A DNA stretch of 64,000 bases from a virus: the IMG/VR virus record IMGVR_UViG_3300031669_008155. One strand, written 5' to 3'. The stretch's first letter is position 1. The number at the start of each line of letters is the position of its first letter. A program made the position numbers and the translations under genes. Below are positions 1 through 9,107 of the stretch, in pieces. Below the pieces are notes generated by a model, which was not told where the DNA came from, did not search any database, and saw only the letters and a list, made by a program, of their open reading frames with translations.

Positions 1-525
1 AAGTTGTTCTTCTTTACTTAAAATTTCCAAAAATTTATAAATAAGATCACTTCCATCATAAACCACTTTAACGTAAACTGTATTATATGCTTTAATTTCT
101 TCAAGAGTTTTTAATGATTTATCAATGTCTTCAGAACAGAAGATTTTAGGCGAGAACATAAATTTTATTTTCTTTGAATAGTCAACTTCAGATAATAATT
201 CTTTTAGATGATATCCATTTGATTCAACATTTGCTATGGGGTATTCTAATTCGTTTAAGAGAGAAACGGTTTCATTAAAATGTCTTTCTACTGTTGGTTC
301 CCCTCCTGTTACTAAAATTCCAGCATTTCTTTCAAATATTGTATTTTGAATATCTTTTAATTTATGTGGAGCTTCAGCAGAAATTCTCATTTTGACAGAT
401 GTATCACACCAGGGACATTTAAGATTACACGTTTTAAATCTAAGTATAATCATTGTTTTCCCTGAATCTGGTCCTTCACCTTGCCAACTTACAAAATTTT
501 CAATTAATCTAACTTCACCTTCCAT
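1..525 (-). CDS. queE: 7-carboxy-7-deazaguanine synthase QueE (radical SAM), 3'-truncated by window edge; not in ORF track
   Basis: ATG at 525 after AAGGAG. Manual translation MEGEVRLIENFVSWQGEGPDSGKTMIILRFKTCNLKCPWCDT...VTGGEP...VESNG shows the QGEG, CxxxCxxC and TGGEP motifs; frame stays open to base 1. Confidence 0.85.
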   Translation of the reverse strand, partial: MEGEVRLIENFVSWQGEGPDSGKTMIILRFKTCNLKCPWCDTSVKMRISAEAPHKLKDIQNTIFERNAGILVTGGEPTVERHFNETVSLLNELEYPIANVESNGYHLKELLSEVDYSKKIKFMFSPKIFCSEDIDKSLKTLEEIKAYNTVYVKVVYDGSDLIYKFLEILSKEEQL

Positions 526-559
526 ATTATATTCTCCTTCATGTTTATTTGTTCTAAAT

Positions 560-3500
560 TTAAAATAAAATAACCTCATTTTTCTTTTCTTCTATTGCTT
601 TGAATAATGGTTTTAAGAATAATGCATGTCTATCTTCAAATGTAAATTTTAATGTTGACTGAACATCTGGAATAAAATAATGTGGTAATTTTTCTTCTTC
701 ATCTGGAATTGCTATTACTTCCAATTTTTTACCTCCAGATATAAATTTATGATACTTTTCTAAAACATCTTTTGGCGCTTTATCAATATCTATTCCTTTC
801 ACCCAGTATAAATAACCCTTTGCACCTGTGCGATGAATATCATACATTATACTATTCCATGCCTGCATACTTCTTACTCCCTGTGGAACCATTTTATAAT
901 CCTCTAATTTTTTACCCCATGATACAGGTCTACCAATTTTCTTATCCCCATTTCTTATCATTTCTACAAAATCTCTTTTGCTTCTATTAATAAAATCCAT
1001 AATTTTAGGAGGTGACATCTTTTCAGATTTTGACTTTAATAAAAGTTCAGATAACTCTATTAAAAATTCTTTTGATTTACTTGGATAATCAGATCTTTTA
1101 ATTTCAACTCCCATAAAATTAGTTTTATCAACTTCCTTCCCTTCATTATTTACAACATGAATTGCATATCGTTTTTTAGCAAGAAATAATCCTCTTGAAA
1201 TAATTAACTCATTTTTTAATTTCAATCTGTTATACTCTAAATTAACATTATATCTCTTTACAACTTCAGCAATTTTATCATTATTTAAAAAATCTTCTAT
1301 TTTATCACACCATTTACGAATATTATCAATCGTTTTCTCTTCCACAAAATTTTCAAACTTACAAAAAATTGAATCTGTATCTCCAGTTATAATGAAATCG
1401 TTTGATCTGTCAGGTAATGTATATAACTCTGGTTCTGCCTTTGGATCTGCAAACATTTCTTCTTTTGTTAAAGTCTTTGGTTTTATATACTCTATTCCTG
1501 TTGCCATACTTCTCATTAAAGCATCGCCTTCAATAATTGAAGTTTTCAATGCTTCTTGACCAGTCAATGTGATTGCTGATGCTAGTGATAGATCATAAAA
1601 TCTAAATGACTTGTTTGCAACAACCCCATATAAAGTATTTGCTAAAACCTTATAAACAAGTTGTCTTGTATAAAAGAATTTTTCTGCATTCTTATCTTTC
1701 TTTTCAATAGCATCAAACATCTGACTTTTATATGTATCACGAGATGACATTAACATCTCGACTACTTCTCCAAACACAGAAAACTTTTTCTTATGCGAGT
1801 TAAAAAAGCATCCATTAACTGTATAAACTAACTCTTTTTCTTTTATCAATTTCAATAACCCATTTTTATCAATTTCTACAAGTTCTTTCTTATATAGAGG
1901 ATCAACAACTACACTTATTTTATCTGGCAACTTTTCTGGATTATATGCAATATCATATCCAAGATGCGGATTGGTTGTTTTCATTACAAAACTATTAATA
2001 CCAATATTATAAGTAATCATTAAACTTGGATACAGAGACTTAAAATCAAAATCTGTTATCCAACTATAAAGTCCAGGTATTGGTTCATAGACATAAGCTC
2101 CAGGATAACTTTCTTTTGAAATGTGTGGATCAGAATTTTTAGAAGCTATTCCCTTACTTCTTAAATATGAAACCATCAATGAATCAATCTGCCCCATAGA
2201 TGTGACAGAATCAAAACTTGTATTACAAATAATTCTCAATTCATTTAACAAATTAATATGACCTAATTTATCATCTAATTCTTTTAACAATTCTGTATCT
2301 CGAATATTATACTTAATCGTCATATTTAACTTCTGCCAATACATCTCATTGAAGGACAACGGCAATTGAATTTTTGTACGCCCCAGCTCACTCTCTGCAA
2401 TAAATCCAAGTTTATAATTTTCCATTTTTGTAAATGTAAATGTTCTATATAAAAAATCTTGATCAATAGCAACACATCCAGGAATTAAACAAATCCATCT
2501 TGCACCATCAACAAAAAATTCCCCAAATTTTGTCATTAAAGTATCAGGTATTTTTAAATTTCTAATTCTATTAAAAATGTATTGCATATCAAAACTAATT
2601 AAATTCCATCCAGAAATAAAATCAGGATCAGTATCTCTAAAATCTTTCATAAATGTACGCAACATCTTATTTTCATCTTTTATATCAAAAATCTTATAAA
2701 CAACACCATCAACTTTTTCTATTGGTTCAGTTTTATTATCAAGAACATAAGTGGTTGTAACACCATTATAAATTGATGTAAACATATTTATTGAAAACTC
2801 TGCTTCTATTGGACTTGGAAAGATCTTTTCTTTTCCAGTATCAATTTCAATATCAAAAAACATAACATTAGATTCTACCTTTGGAGCATCCCCTTTGTTA
2901 AAATGATAATAATCCATAGCATGTTTAGTTGTTATTCTAATATCCCCTTCATACGTTATATCTGGATCTAATTGATTTCTATCTCTATATGATAAAGAAA
3001 TTTGTTTAAGATCTTCATAAGGAATAATCTTTCTTGCTTCAACTCCATCTTTTATCTGATAACAAATATATTCATCACTTTCTGTATGATAAATTTTTTT
3101 ATTATTTCTATCTCTAAAAATATAAAGAACCTCTTGCTTTTTACTAATAAATTGAACATCAATGAGTCTGTAATCGTCTGTATAAAACTTCTCTGGAATC
3201 TTATATCTGTATATGCCTTCTCCAATTTTCTTCTCATTAACTTTAAATGATACGTCTGAAACAACGCCATTTAACAAATCTGAAATTTTTAACATATCTT
3301 CTTCAAATTTTGGTTCCCATACCTTTAAATTTCTATTAGCAAAAGAAGGATGGATTGTTAAAAAAACTTTAAATCCTTCCCATTCAAACGTTTTACCATG
3401 AAGATTAGTTATACCCGATTTAGCAATGCCAAATGCACTCATAGGAGTTGCACCCATCAAAACAATCAACTTTGGTTTACATTGTCTAATAATTTCCATA

Positions 3501-3835
3501 CAATTCATTTTACATCTTTCAATAACATCTGGTTCTGGATTGCCAGTTGTTTTATCTGGATTTATTGTCTGACATAAAACTGTATTTGTTAGAAGATATT
3601 TTACTTTATTTAATTCATATTTTGCAAAATATTTTCTAAACATTCTGCCTGACTTACCAACCAACGGTGCTGGTTCTGGTTTTTTGGCAACCTCATTCTT
3701 ACCAGGATTCTCTGCTACAAATACAATTTCAACCTGTGTAAGATCAACTTTTGAATTTGTTTCTAGAATACAAGAAGGAGCATCTAATAATTGACAAGTT
3801 GAGCAATCAGCAAAAGAATCTTTAATTGAAATCAT
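560..3835 (-). CDS. polB: Family-B DNA polymerase with N-terminal family-4 uracil-DNA glycosylase domain
   Basis: UDG4: CxxC, AENPG, PLVGKSG, NTVLC, HPSF. Exonuclease: FDIEID, GWNLISFD, YNIRD. Polymerase: DFKSLYPS, KVLANTLYG, TGDTDS, KKRYA. Confidence 0.95.
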   Translation of the reverse strand: MISIKDSFADCSTCQLLDAPSCILETNSKVDLTQVEIVFVAENPGKNEVAKKPEPAPLVGKSGRMFRKYFAKYELNKVKYLLTNTVLCQTINPDKTTGNPEPDVIERCKMNCMEIIRQCKPKLIVLMGATPMSAFGIAKSGITNLHGKTFEWEGFKVFLTIHPSFANRNLKVWEPKFEEDMLKISDLLNGVVSDVSFKVNEKKIGEGIYRYKIPEKFYTDDYRLIDVQFISKKQEVLYIFRDRNNKKIYHTESDEYICYQIKDGVEARKIIPYEDLKQISLSYRDRNQLDPDITYEGDIRITTKHAMDYYHFNKGDAPKVESNVMFFDIEIDTGKEKIFPSPIEAEFSINMFTSIYNGVTTTYVLDNKTEPIEKVDGVVYKIFDIKDENKMLRTFMKDFRDTDPDFISGWNLISFDMQYIFNRIRNLKIPDTLMTKFGEFFVDGARWICLIPGCVAIDQDFLYRTFTFTKMENYKLGFIAESELGRTKIQLPLSFNEMYWQKLNMTIKYNIRDTELLKELDDKLGHINLLNELRIICNTSFDSVTSMGQIDSLMVSYLRSKGIASKNSDPHISKESYPGAYVYEPIPGLYSWITDFDFKSLYPSLMITYNIGINSFVMKTTNPHLGYDIAYNPEKLPDKISVVVDPLYKKELVEIDKNGLLKLIKEKELVYTVNGCFFNSHKKKFSVFGEVVEMLMSSRDTYKSQMFDAIEKKDKNAEKFFYTRQLVYKVLANTLYGVVANKSFRFYDLSLASAITLTGQEALKTSIIEGDALMRSMATGIEYIKPKTLTKEEMFADPKAEPELYTLPDRSNDFIITGDTDSIFCKFENFVEEKTIDNIRKWCDKIEDFLNNDKIAEVVKRYNVNLEYNRLKLKNELIISRGLFLAKKRYAIHVVNNEGKEVDKTNFMGVEIKRSDYPSKSKEFLIELSELLLKSKSEKMSPPKIMDFINRSKRDFVEMIRNGDKKIGRPVSWGKKLEDYKMVPQGVRSMQAWNSIMYDIHRTGAKGYLYWVKGIDIDKAPKDVLEKYHKFISGGKKLEVIAIPDEEEKLPHYFIPDVQSTLKFTFEDRHALFLKPLFKAIEEKKNEVILF

Positions 3836-3839
3836 TTAA

Positions 3840-3870
3840 ATCCTCCATTTCATCATTTTATTTTTGTTAC
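3840..3870 (-). promoter_or_regulatory. Conserved upstream element B (GTAACAAA..TAAAAT.GAT.GAAA.GGAG), copy 1
   Basis: Near-identical copies at 7700-7729 and 36527-36557; each ends in the SD of a minus-strand gene. Confidence 0.55.
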
Positions 3871-3907
3871 GCAAACAAAAATTATTTTCCCATTTAAACA
3901 AAAGTAT

Positions 3908-3927
3908 CTATATATATTAATAAGTGA
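3908..3927 (+). promoter_or_regulatory. Conserved motif A CTATATATATWAATAANTGA, copy 1
   Basis: Five copies in the window, all in divergent intergenic regions. Confidence 0.6.
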
Positions 3928-4053
3928 ATATTGAATTTGGTTTATTTTTTTTTAAATTAACTTTCAACAAAAGGAGGTCAATGTGGATAAAAAACTAAAT
4001 AACTGACTATGGCGGAAACAAAAATTAACAAGAGTATCGAAATGATATAGGAG

Positions 4054-4956
4054 ATGTGGATGACCAAAATAGTACAGCAAGTTAGCTCCGGGAACAATTC
4101 TGAAATTGACCCAAATTCTATAAAATATTATAAGCAGTTAGATCGAATTAAAAAATTGGCTCTTGATACCAATGTACCAGAAGATTTTCATATTAAATGG
4201 TTGCAAGCTAAAACAATAATTGGAGTTCAAGATAACCTCATTGAAGATACTGTACATATTTTAAAATCCTTTCTAGTAAAATATGTTGATGAGGAGGAAC
4301 AACAAAAATTAATTGATTTAAAAAATGCAAGAAATTTATTAATTGAAACAAACCTTCTAACCCAAATTCATACCACAGGACAATTTGAAAAATGGAAAAA
4401 ACCATTTTCAAATACTTGTCAAAAATGTAAAGGTGCAGGTGAACTTCTACTTTTCAATCGTATTACAAAAGATGTAACTTGTAATAAATGTAAACATGGA
4501 ATAGTCTGGTTACCTTGCCCAAAATGTGATGGAACTGGTAGAGTTATCGTTAGATATAAAAAAGGTGGAGGAACAGATTCAATATGTGATAAATGTTTAG
4601 AATCAACTAAAGAGTATATAAAAACTGAAGAATATGGGACTCTTCTCAAACTAAATGAAAAAAATCCAGAATCTCATCCCCTTAATATTAATAAAATAAA
4701 AGTATCTTGTAGAACATGCAAGGGAACAACAATTGCAAAAATTTTAGTTTTAGATTATTCTTTAAAATCTACTACTCCTTGTGATTCATGTGATTCATTA
4801 GGTTATATAATTAAAACCCAAACCCCCAAGAAAAAACAAAAAGAACCAATTCCAGATAATCCAGTCTTAAATCAAGAGCTAGCACTAAAAATTAACCTCC
4901 TATTAGACAGTCAAAAAGATCTCAATTCCACAGACGAAACCAACCCTACAACATAA
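4054..4956 (+). CDS. Protein with DnaJ-type CxxCxGxG zinc-finger repeats (no J domain)
   Basis: CQKCKGAG, CNKCKHG, CPKCDGTG, CRTCKGT, CDSCDSLG. Confidence 0.65.
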   Translation: MWMTKIVQQVSSGNNSEIDPNSIKYYKQLDRIKKLALDTNVPEDFHIKWLQAKTIIGVQDNLIEDTVHILKSFLVKYVDEEEQQKLIDLKNARNLLIETNLLTQIHTTGQFEKWKKPFSNTCQKCKGAGELLLFNRITKDVTCNKCKHGIVWLPCPKCDGTGRVIVRYKKGGGTDSICDKCLESTKEYIKTEEYGTLLKLNEKNPESHPLNINKIKVSCRTCKGTTIAKILVLDYSLKSTTPCDSCDSLGYIIKTQTPKKKQKEPIPDNPVLNQELALKINLLLDSQKDLNSTDETNPTT

Positions 4957-4981
4957 CATTTCCAAATAGCTGAAAACTTTT

Positions 4982-5518
4982 CTACACTTCCATGATAGAG
5001 AAGTTTTCAGCTATAAAATCTTTCAATGATTTTTTAACTACTATTTTTTTTGTAGATTTTATTTTTTGCTTTTTAATATTCTCAAGTCCTAAAGAATTAT
5101 AAAAAGTATCTCTTTTATCAGACTTATTTATTATATCACACAGAAAGTCCACTTCAAAAGATTTTAACTGTGGATATCTTTTTTCAATAACATTATAAAG
5201 TTTATCATTATACTTTCTTTTATAATAAGTTGTATCATATTTACCAACTCTAAACTCCAATACACATTTCTTAATAAAATATAAAAGCTCTTCCCTTGGA
5301 ATTGAATAAATATTTATATTATTAAAGTATTGATCTAAATATTTATTTAATGAAAGATTTCTTAAAAATACACTGATAACATATCTATTTGTTATTGGAC
5401 TATTATACTTTAATATATTTGGAACAATAACTTTTCCATCTTCAGTCGTTCTTGGTGCTGGAATTTTACTATTTATATTTCCATCAAATAACCAATTGAA
5501 ATACGTTTTAAATGGCAT
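4982..5518 (-). CDS. Hypothetical protein
   Basis: 178-aa ORF with SD, in a minus-strand operon. Confidence 0.6.
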   Translation of the reverse strand: MPFKTYFNWLFDGNINSKIPAPRTTEDGKVIVPNILKYNSPITNRYVISVFLRNLSLNKYLDQYFNNINIYSIPREELLYFIKKCVLEFRVGKYDTTYYKRKYNDKLYNVIEKRYPQLKSFEVDFLCDIINKSDKRDTFYNSLGLENIKKQKIKSTKKIVVKKSLKDFIAENFSIMEV

Positions 5519-5529
5519 TATTTCTCCTT

Positions 5530-6051
5530 TTAGAAAAGAATAATATGTTCCGCTCTATTCTTGTAAGTTCTCTCTTTAGCTTCAAAGTAATTATGTTCTG
5601 TATTAAGACATAATAACAAATTCCATTCATTATCATCCCAATAATTTCCATTCCAATGATGTATATGCCAAATAAACTCTTTTCCATACAATAACTTGCC
5701 ACTTGGACCATAAACTGCCTTAACATTTCCGAATAGATCTTTATTCGGTATAACAGGAAATTTATAATTTAATTCTGGACGAGCTTGAAAATAATACAGT
5801 GTATGCTTTCCCATTGATGGTAAATTGATCAATCCATATTTACTAAACACCTTTGAACTAGGATAAACCCTTATCCTTCTTTCATTTATTTTACTATCAT
5901 AAATACTGCTAAAACAAAAAGGACAATCTATACAAACAGTATTTTTAAGATTTCTATCAACAACATTACACATCTGACAATCACCTTTTAATTCTGAATC
6001 AATGCCTGAATAATCAACTGGTATATTATTAGAAAAATCAATATTTGCCAT
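5530..6051 (-). CDS. HNH-motif protein with N-terminal Cys cluster
   Basis: HIHHWNGNYWDDNEWNLLLCLNTEH resembles the HNH beta-beta-alpha-metal motif; CQMC and CIDCPFC at the N-terminus. Confidence 0.5.
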   Translation of the reverse strand: MANIDFSNNIPVDYSGIDSELKGDCQMCNVVDRNLKNTVCIDCPFCFSSIYDSKINERRIRVYPSSKVFSKYGLINLPSMGKHTLYYFQARPELNYKFPVIPNKDLFGNVKAVYGPSGKLLYGKEFIWHIHHWNGNYWDDNEWNLLLCLNTEHNYFEAKERTYKNRAEHIILF

Positions 6052-6066
6052 TTGAACCTCCTTTCT

Positions 6067-7005
6067 CTACATCATTCTATGTATTATATTCTCGTAAAAC
6101 ATCTTCATTTCCCCTTCACATATAAGAGATGGAACTCTTAATCTACCTCTATCAACTGCTTCAATTTTATCAATAAGGTCTTCTTTATCATTATAAATGT
6201 ATTGTCTTGGAAGAATCTCTGGATAAGCACATCTATTAGGAGCTAGTGGAATACAATTGTTCATAACAGCATCCACGATTTGATAACCAAATGTATCCTC
6301 ATGCGCTGATATTAAAAGAATCTTACTCATACTCAAAAATTTATAATAATTTTCCCAAGTATTTTTTTCTTTATCTCGAGTTCTTCTAACAATGTCAATA
6401 CCCTTCTCCAATTCTGCATCAACTTTCTGTCTTGTTGGTCTTGATGCTGAAGCAATACCAATCGTTTTTTCAGAAACTAAATTTGATATATCTTTGAAAG
6501 GAGGAAAAGGTAATCTAACAACCACTGTATTTGCCCATTTTAACTTTTTCTGATGATAATTTGAACCAATGAAAATTTCATCAAACATTCTTGAATGCGC
6601 TGTCTCAACTAAAAATTTACTATCACTCACACTTTCAAAATAATCAAATTTATTAATACTTGTTGCATGACAATAAGCAAACGATTTCTTTGGTTTCTTA
6701 TGATATAGAACATTACAGAAGAAACCTGGAAAACTTATATCTGCGACAAATAAAATATCATCAACTTTTAAATCCATTGCCATATATTCTTTTATCTGTT
6801 CAGATTCAAATCTAATAGCTGCCTCGATTGGAGAAAACATTCCTTTTGTCTCAACACCTTTAATGTTATATTTAGCTGCTTTTTCTCCCAGAATATAAAC
6901 TTCAAATCCTGCGTTTCTAAATTCTAGAGGAAACTTTGAGTACCACCATTCCTGATATCTCATAGGAGTTGGATATTGAGGCACAAAAATAATTCTCTTA
7001 TTCAT
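6067..7005 (-). CDS. GT-B (GT4-like) glycosyltransferase
   Basis: SAHEDTFGYQIVDAVMNNCIPLAP matches the E-x-F-G-x4-E-A-like donor-binding motif. Confidence 0.7.
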   Translation of the reverse strand: MNKRIIFVPQYPTPMRYQEWWYSKFPLEFRNAGFEVYILGEKAAKYNIKGVETKGMFSPIEAAIRFESEQIKEYMAMDLKVDDILFVADISFPGFFCNVLYHKKPKKSFAYCHATSINKFDYFESVSDSKFLVETAHSRMFDEIFIGSNYHQKKLKWANTVVVRLPFPPFKDISNLVSEKTIGIASASRPTRQKVDAELEKGIDIVRRTRDKEKNTWENYYKFLSMSKILLISAHEDTFGYQIVDAVMNNCIPLAPNRCAYPEILPRQYIYNDKEDLIDKIEAVDRGRLRVPSLICEGEMKMFYENIIHRMM

Positions 7006-7214
7006 TATTCTTTCTCCTTTCTGCTCCTTTTTAAAAGTTTAGGAATATCTAATGGTCTTCTATATTTACACGCCCAGCAATAATTTTCTCCAATATTATT
7101 ATACATTTCACAAACAACATCATATATACACCAATCTTTCATACCTAATTTCAAATTATAATATTTCCTATATTTTATATCTTCATCTTTTATTCCTGAT
7201 GGTCCTTTACTCAT
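7005..7214 (-). CDS. Small hypothetical protein (CxxC)
   Basis: Translationally coupled ORF within the operon. Confidence 0.5.
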   Translation of the reverse strand: MSKGPSGIKDEDIKYRKYYNLKLGMKDWCIYDVVCEMYNNIGENYCWACKYRRPLDIPKLLKRSRKEKE

Positions 7215-7223
7215 ATTGCCTCC

Positions 7224-7694
7224 TTAAAACACCCATTTGCAATAACCTTCAAAGAGAACATACTTCTTCTCATATTTCCACATATCACGTTGACTTGCAT
7301 AAACTTCATTTAATATATATTCCTTTCTAGTTGGTTCCAATGACTCGTGAATATATGGAGCATTCATTATAGTGCTATAAAAAGTTACATCAATTCCTGA
7401 TCTAGCATATAATTCTCCAGTCATACCCAATTCTCTATGTTTTGGATGAGTCTCATAGATTGGATCAGGAAAATAAAACTTATGATTTTTATTAATCATT
7501 GCCATAGGAATACTACTTTGAAACATTTGAACCTTAATTCCATCTATATATTCTTTTAACCTCATTGCTTCCTTTCTACGATTTGCATTTACATCTGGAG
7601 AATAAATAATTATAATAGTTTCCTCTCTTTTCAATACCTCATAACATCCAATAATTTCATCATCAGGATGTGGTGCCACAATTACATGATTCAT
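7224..7694 (-). CDS. PIG-L/LmbE family deacetylase
   Basis: VIVAPHPDDEIIG metal motif and HPKH. Confidence 0.75.
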   Translation of the reverse strand: MNHVIVAPHPDDEIIGCYEVLKREETIIIIYSPDVNANRRKEAMRLKEYIDGIKVQMFQSSIPMAMINKNHKFYFPDPIYETHPKHRELGMTGELYARSGIDVTFYSTIMNAPYIHESLEPTRKEYILNEVYASQRDMWKYEKKYVLFEGYCKWVF

Positions 7695-7699
7695 AAATG

Positions 7700-7729
7700 T
7701 CTCCTTTCAATCATTTTATTATTTGTTAC
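7700..7729 (-). promoter_or_regulatory. Conserved upstream element B, copy 2
   Basis: Reverse complement GTAACAAATAATAAAATGATTGAAAGGAGA. Confidence 0.55.
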
Positions 7730-7781
7730 CATATCAAATAAAATTATCTTAATTATTTTTTCTCAAATTTAAAAATCTGAT

Positions 7782-7801
7782 CTATATATATTAATAATTG
7801 A
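7782..7801 (+). promoter_or_regulatory. Motif A, copy 2
   Basis: CTATATATATTAATAATTGA. Confidence 0.6.
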
Positions 7802-7862
7802 GAAGGAGGTTTTTATTCATTTTTTTAAGAATAAATAATAAGAATTTAAGGAGAAACACGCC

Positions 7863-8132
7863 ATGTTAAAAACTCTTCAAAAGTGTATAGATGGAGCTCG
7901 AATAACAGCAGTTAAAGATTCCATCAAGATAGGAAAATCGTTAGACATCATTAAATCAACTGTAGAGCATGGAGAGTGGTTACCGTTTATAAAGAAAAAT
8001 TTCTCTATTAGTATTCGAAGCTGTCAAAACTTTATGTATCTTGCTAAACAACCAATTGCTAAAAAGTATTATAAACTTGGCACTGAGGAGTTAATAATAC
8101 GTCTTCGCAACGGAGAGGATTTATCTATTTAA
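7863..8132 (+). CDS. DUF3102-like protein
   Basis: IGKSL...HGEWLPFIKKNFSISIRSCQNFMYLA resembles the DUF3102 signature. Confidence 0.6.
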   Translation: MLKTLQKCIDGARITAVKDSIKIGKSLDIIKSTVEHGEWLPFIKKNFSISIRSCQNFMYLAKQPIAKKYYKLGTEELIIRLRNGEDLSI

Positions 8133-8154
8133 AGAACAAAATATAAATTCAGTT

Positions 8155-8244
8155 TGCATGGGGCACTGGGCAGGGCGCTATTTAGGATGGTCCTGAGCAA
8201 ACCACCAAAGATGGCATCTCCTCCTGATCCTGGTGTTCCATGCA
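8155..8244 (+). ncRNA. Unassigned structured RNA 1 (terminal stem enclosing a multiloop)
   Basis: TGCATGGGGCAC pairs with GTGTTCCATGCA (G-U pairs favour the + strand), extended by a further bulged stem; GC-rich island in AT-rich DNA. Confidence 0.5.
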
Positions 8245-8253
8245 ATTAAAGCT

Positions 8254-8331
8254 TGCGCACGATGTTGACATAGAACGATTAAAGGTTGCGCTCCTCGTCG
8301 TTCTAGCAATAATCCGTCTTCATCGTGCGCA
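8254..8331 (+). ncRNA. Unassigned structured RNA 2 (long hairpin)
   Basis: TGCGCACGATG/CATCGTGCGCA (11 bp perfect), GAC/GTC, TAGAACGA/TCGTTCTA (8 bp). Confidence 0.5.
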
Positions 8332-8395
8332 TTTTAATTTAGTTCGTTTCTTAATATTATTTTAATTTTTTTAAGAACATATTATAAATATATAT

Positions 8396-8475
8396 CGGAA
8401 CGTAGCTCAGTCTGGTATTAGAGCGCGTGGTTTGGGTCCACGAAGTCGGAGGTTCGAATCCTCTCGTTCCGACCA
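8396..8475 (+). tRNA. tRNA-Pro(TGG)
   Basis: Cloverleaf; anticodon arm CGTGG-TTTGGGT-CCACG; CCA end. Confidence 0.95.
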
Positions 8476-8480
8476 TCTTT

Positions 8481-8566
8481 GCCCGAGTAGACGAATTGGC
8501 ATAGTCAACAGGTTTAGGCCCTGTGCATTAAATTGCGTGGGAGTTCGACTCTCCCCTTGGGCACCA
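8481..8566 (+). tRNA. tRNA-Leu(TAG)
   Basis: ACAGG-TTTAGGC-CCTGT; long variable arm; CCA. Confidence 0.93.
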
Positions 8567-8640
8567 TTCTCATATAAAAATGGTTATGTATATCTTTTGT
8601 CTCAAATTTAAATATTACAACGAAAGGTAAAAAAATTACT

Positions 8641-8988
8641 ATGCGAAAAGATGACAAGATGAAAGCATATATCAGTAAACATGTCTATCTATCCAACGCT
8701 CGTAAAAAATTAGATAGCAGCGGAAGATATTTAGTTCCTCCTGAAGAAGGAAGAATATTAAGATGTGGTAATTTTATCAACCAGGGAATATTTAGAACCT
8801 TTACAAACAATAATATTGAATTATGGCAAGAGATTGAGATAGAAGCTCCATATGATGAAGAAGAATCAATAAAGAAACTTGATGAAATAACAACTTGGAA
8901 TCCAGGAAGAAAATTTGCAATTTGTAAAGTATTAATACATCAAATCAAAAAAGATATAAAAAACAAAAAATTTGATAACCAATTTTAG
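8641..8988 (+). CDS. Hypothetical protein
   Basis: ORF filling the gap between tRNAs. Confidence 0.6.
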   Translation: MRKDDKMKAYISKHVYLSNARKKLDSSGRYLVPPEEGRILRCGNFINQGIFRTFTNNNIELWQEIEIEAPYDEEESIKKLDEITTWNPGRKFAICKVLIHQIKKDIKNKKFDNQF

Positions 8989-8990
8989 AT

Positions 8991-9077
8991 GCCACCGTCG
9001 CTTAGTGGACGATAGCGCTGGATTTGTAATCCAGAGATCCTTGATCCTCGTAGGTTCGAATCCTACCGGTGGCTCCA
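8991..9077 (+). tRNA. tRNA-Thr(TGT) with atypical 15-nt variable region
   Basis: GCCACCG/CGGTGGC acceptor, U73, CTGGA-TTTGTAA-TCCAG, variable AGATCCTTGATCCTC. Confidence 0.85.
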
Positions 9078-9107
9078 TTGTTAAAAGGTTACAGAGGTAA
9101 CTATAAT

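Noticed and set aside
772-3401. Short ORFs overlapping polB and other long genes (e.g. 772-990, 3002-3250, 4419-4649, 7052-7330, 12823-13107, 39573-39971, 57709-58005)
   Set aside because: They are antisense or out-of-frame to well-supported genes, have biased composition and lack an SD.
4982-5518. Possible clamp-loader small subunit
   Set aside because: Size and location are suggestive, but no diagnostic motif could be recognised.
8262-8320. HDV-like (theta) ribozyme suggested by GCG-CTCCTCGT-CGT
   Set aside because: There is no G-U first pair, no P1.1 GG and only a weak P2, and the segment is buried in a longer hairpin.
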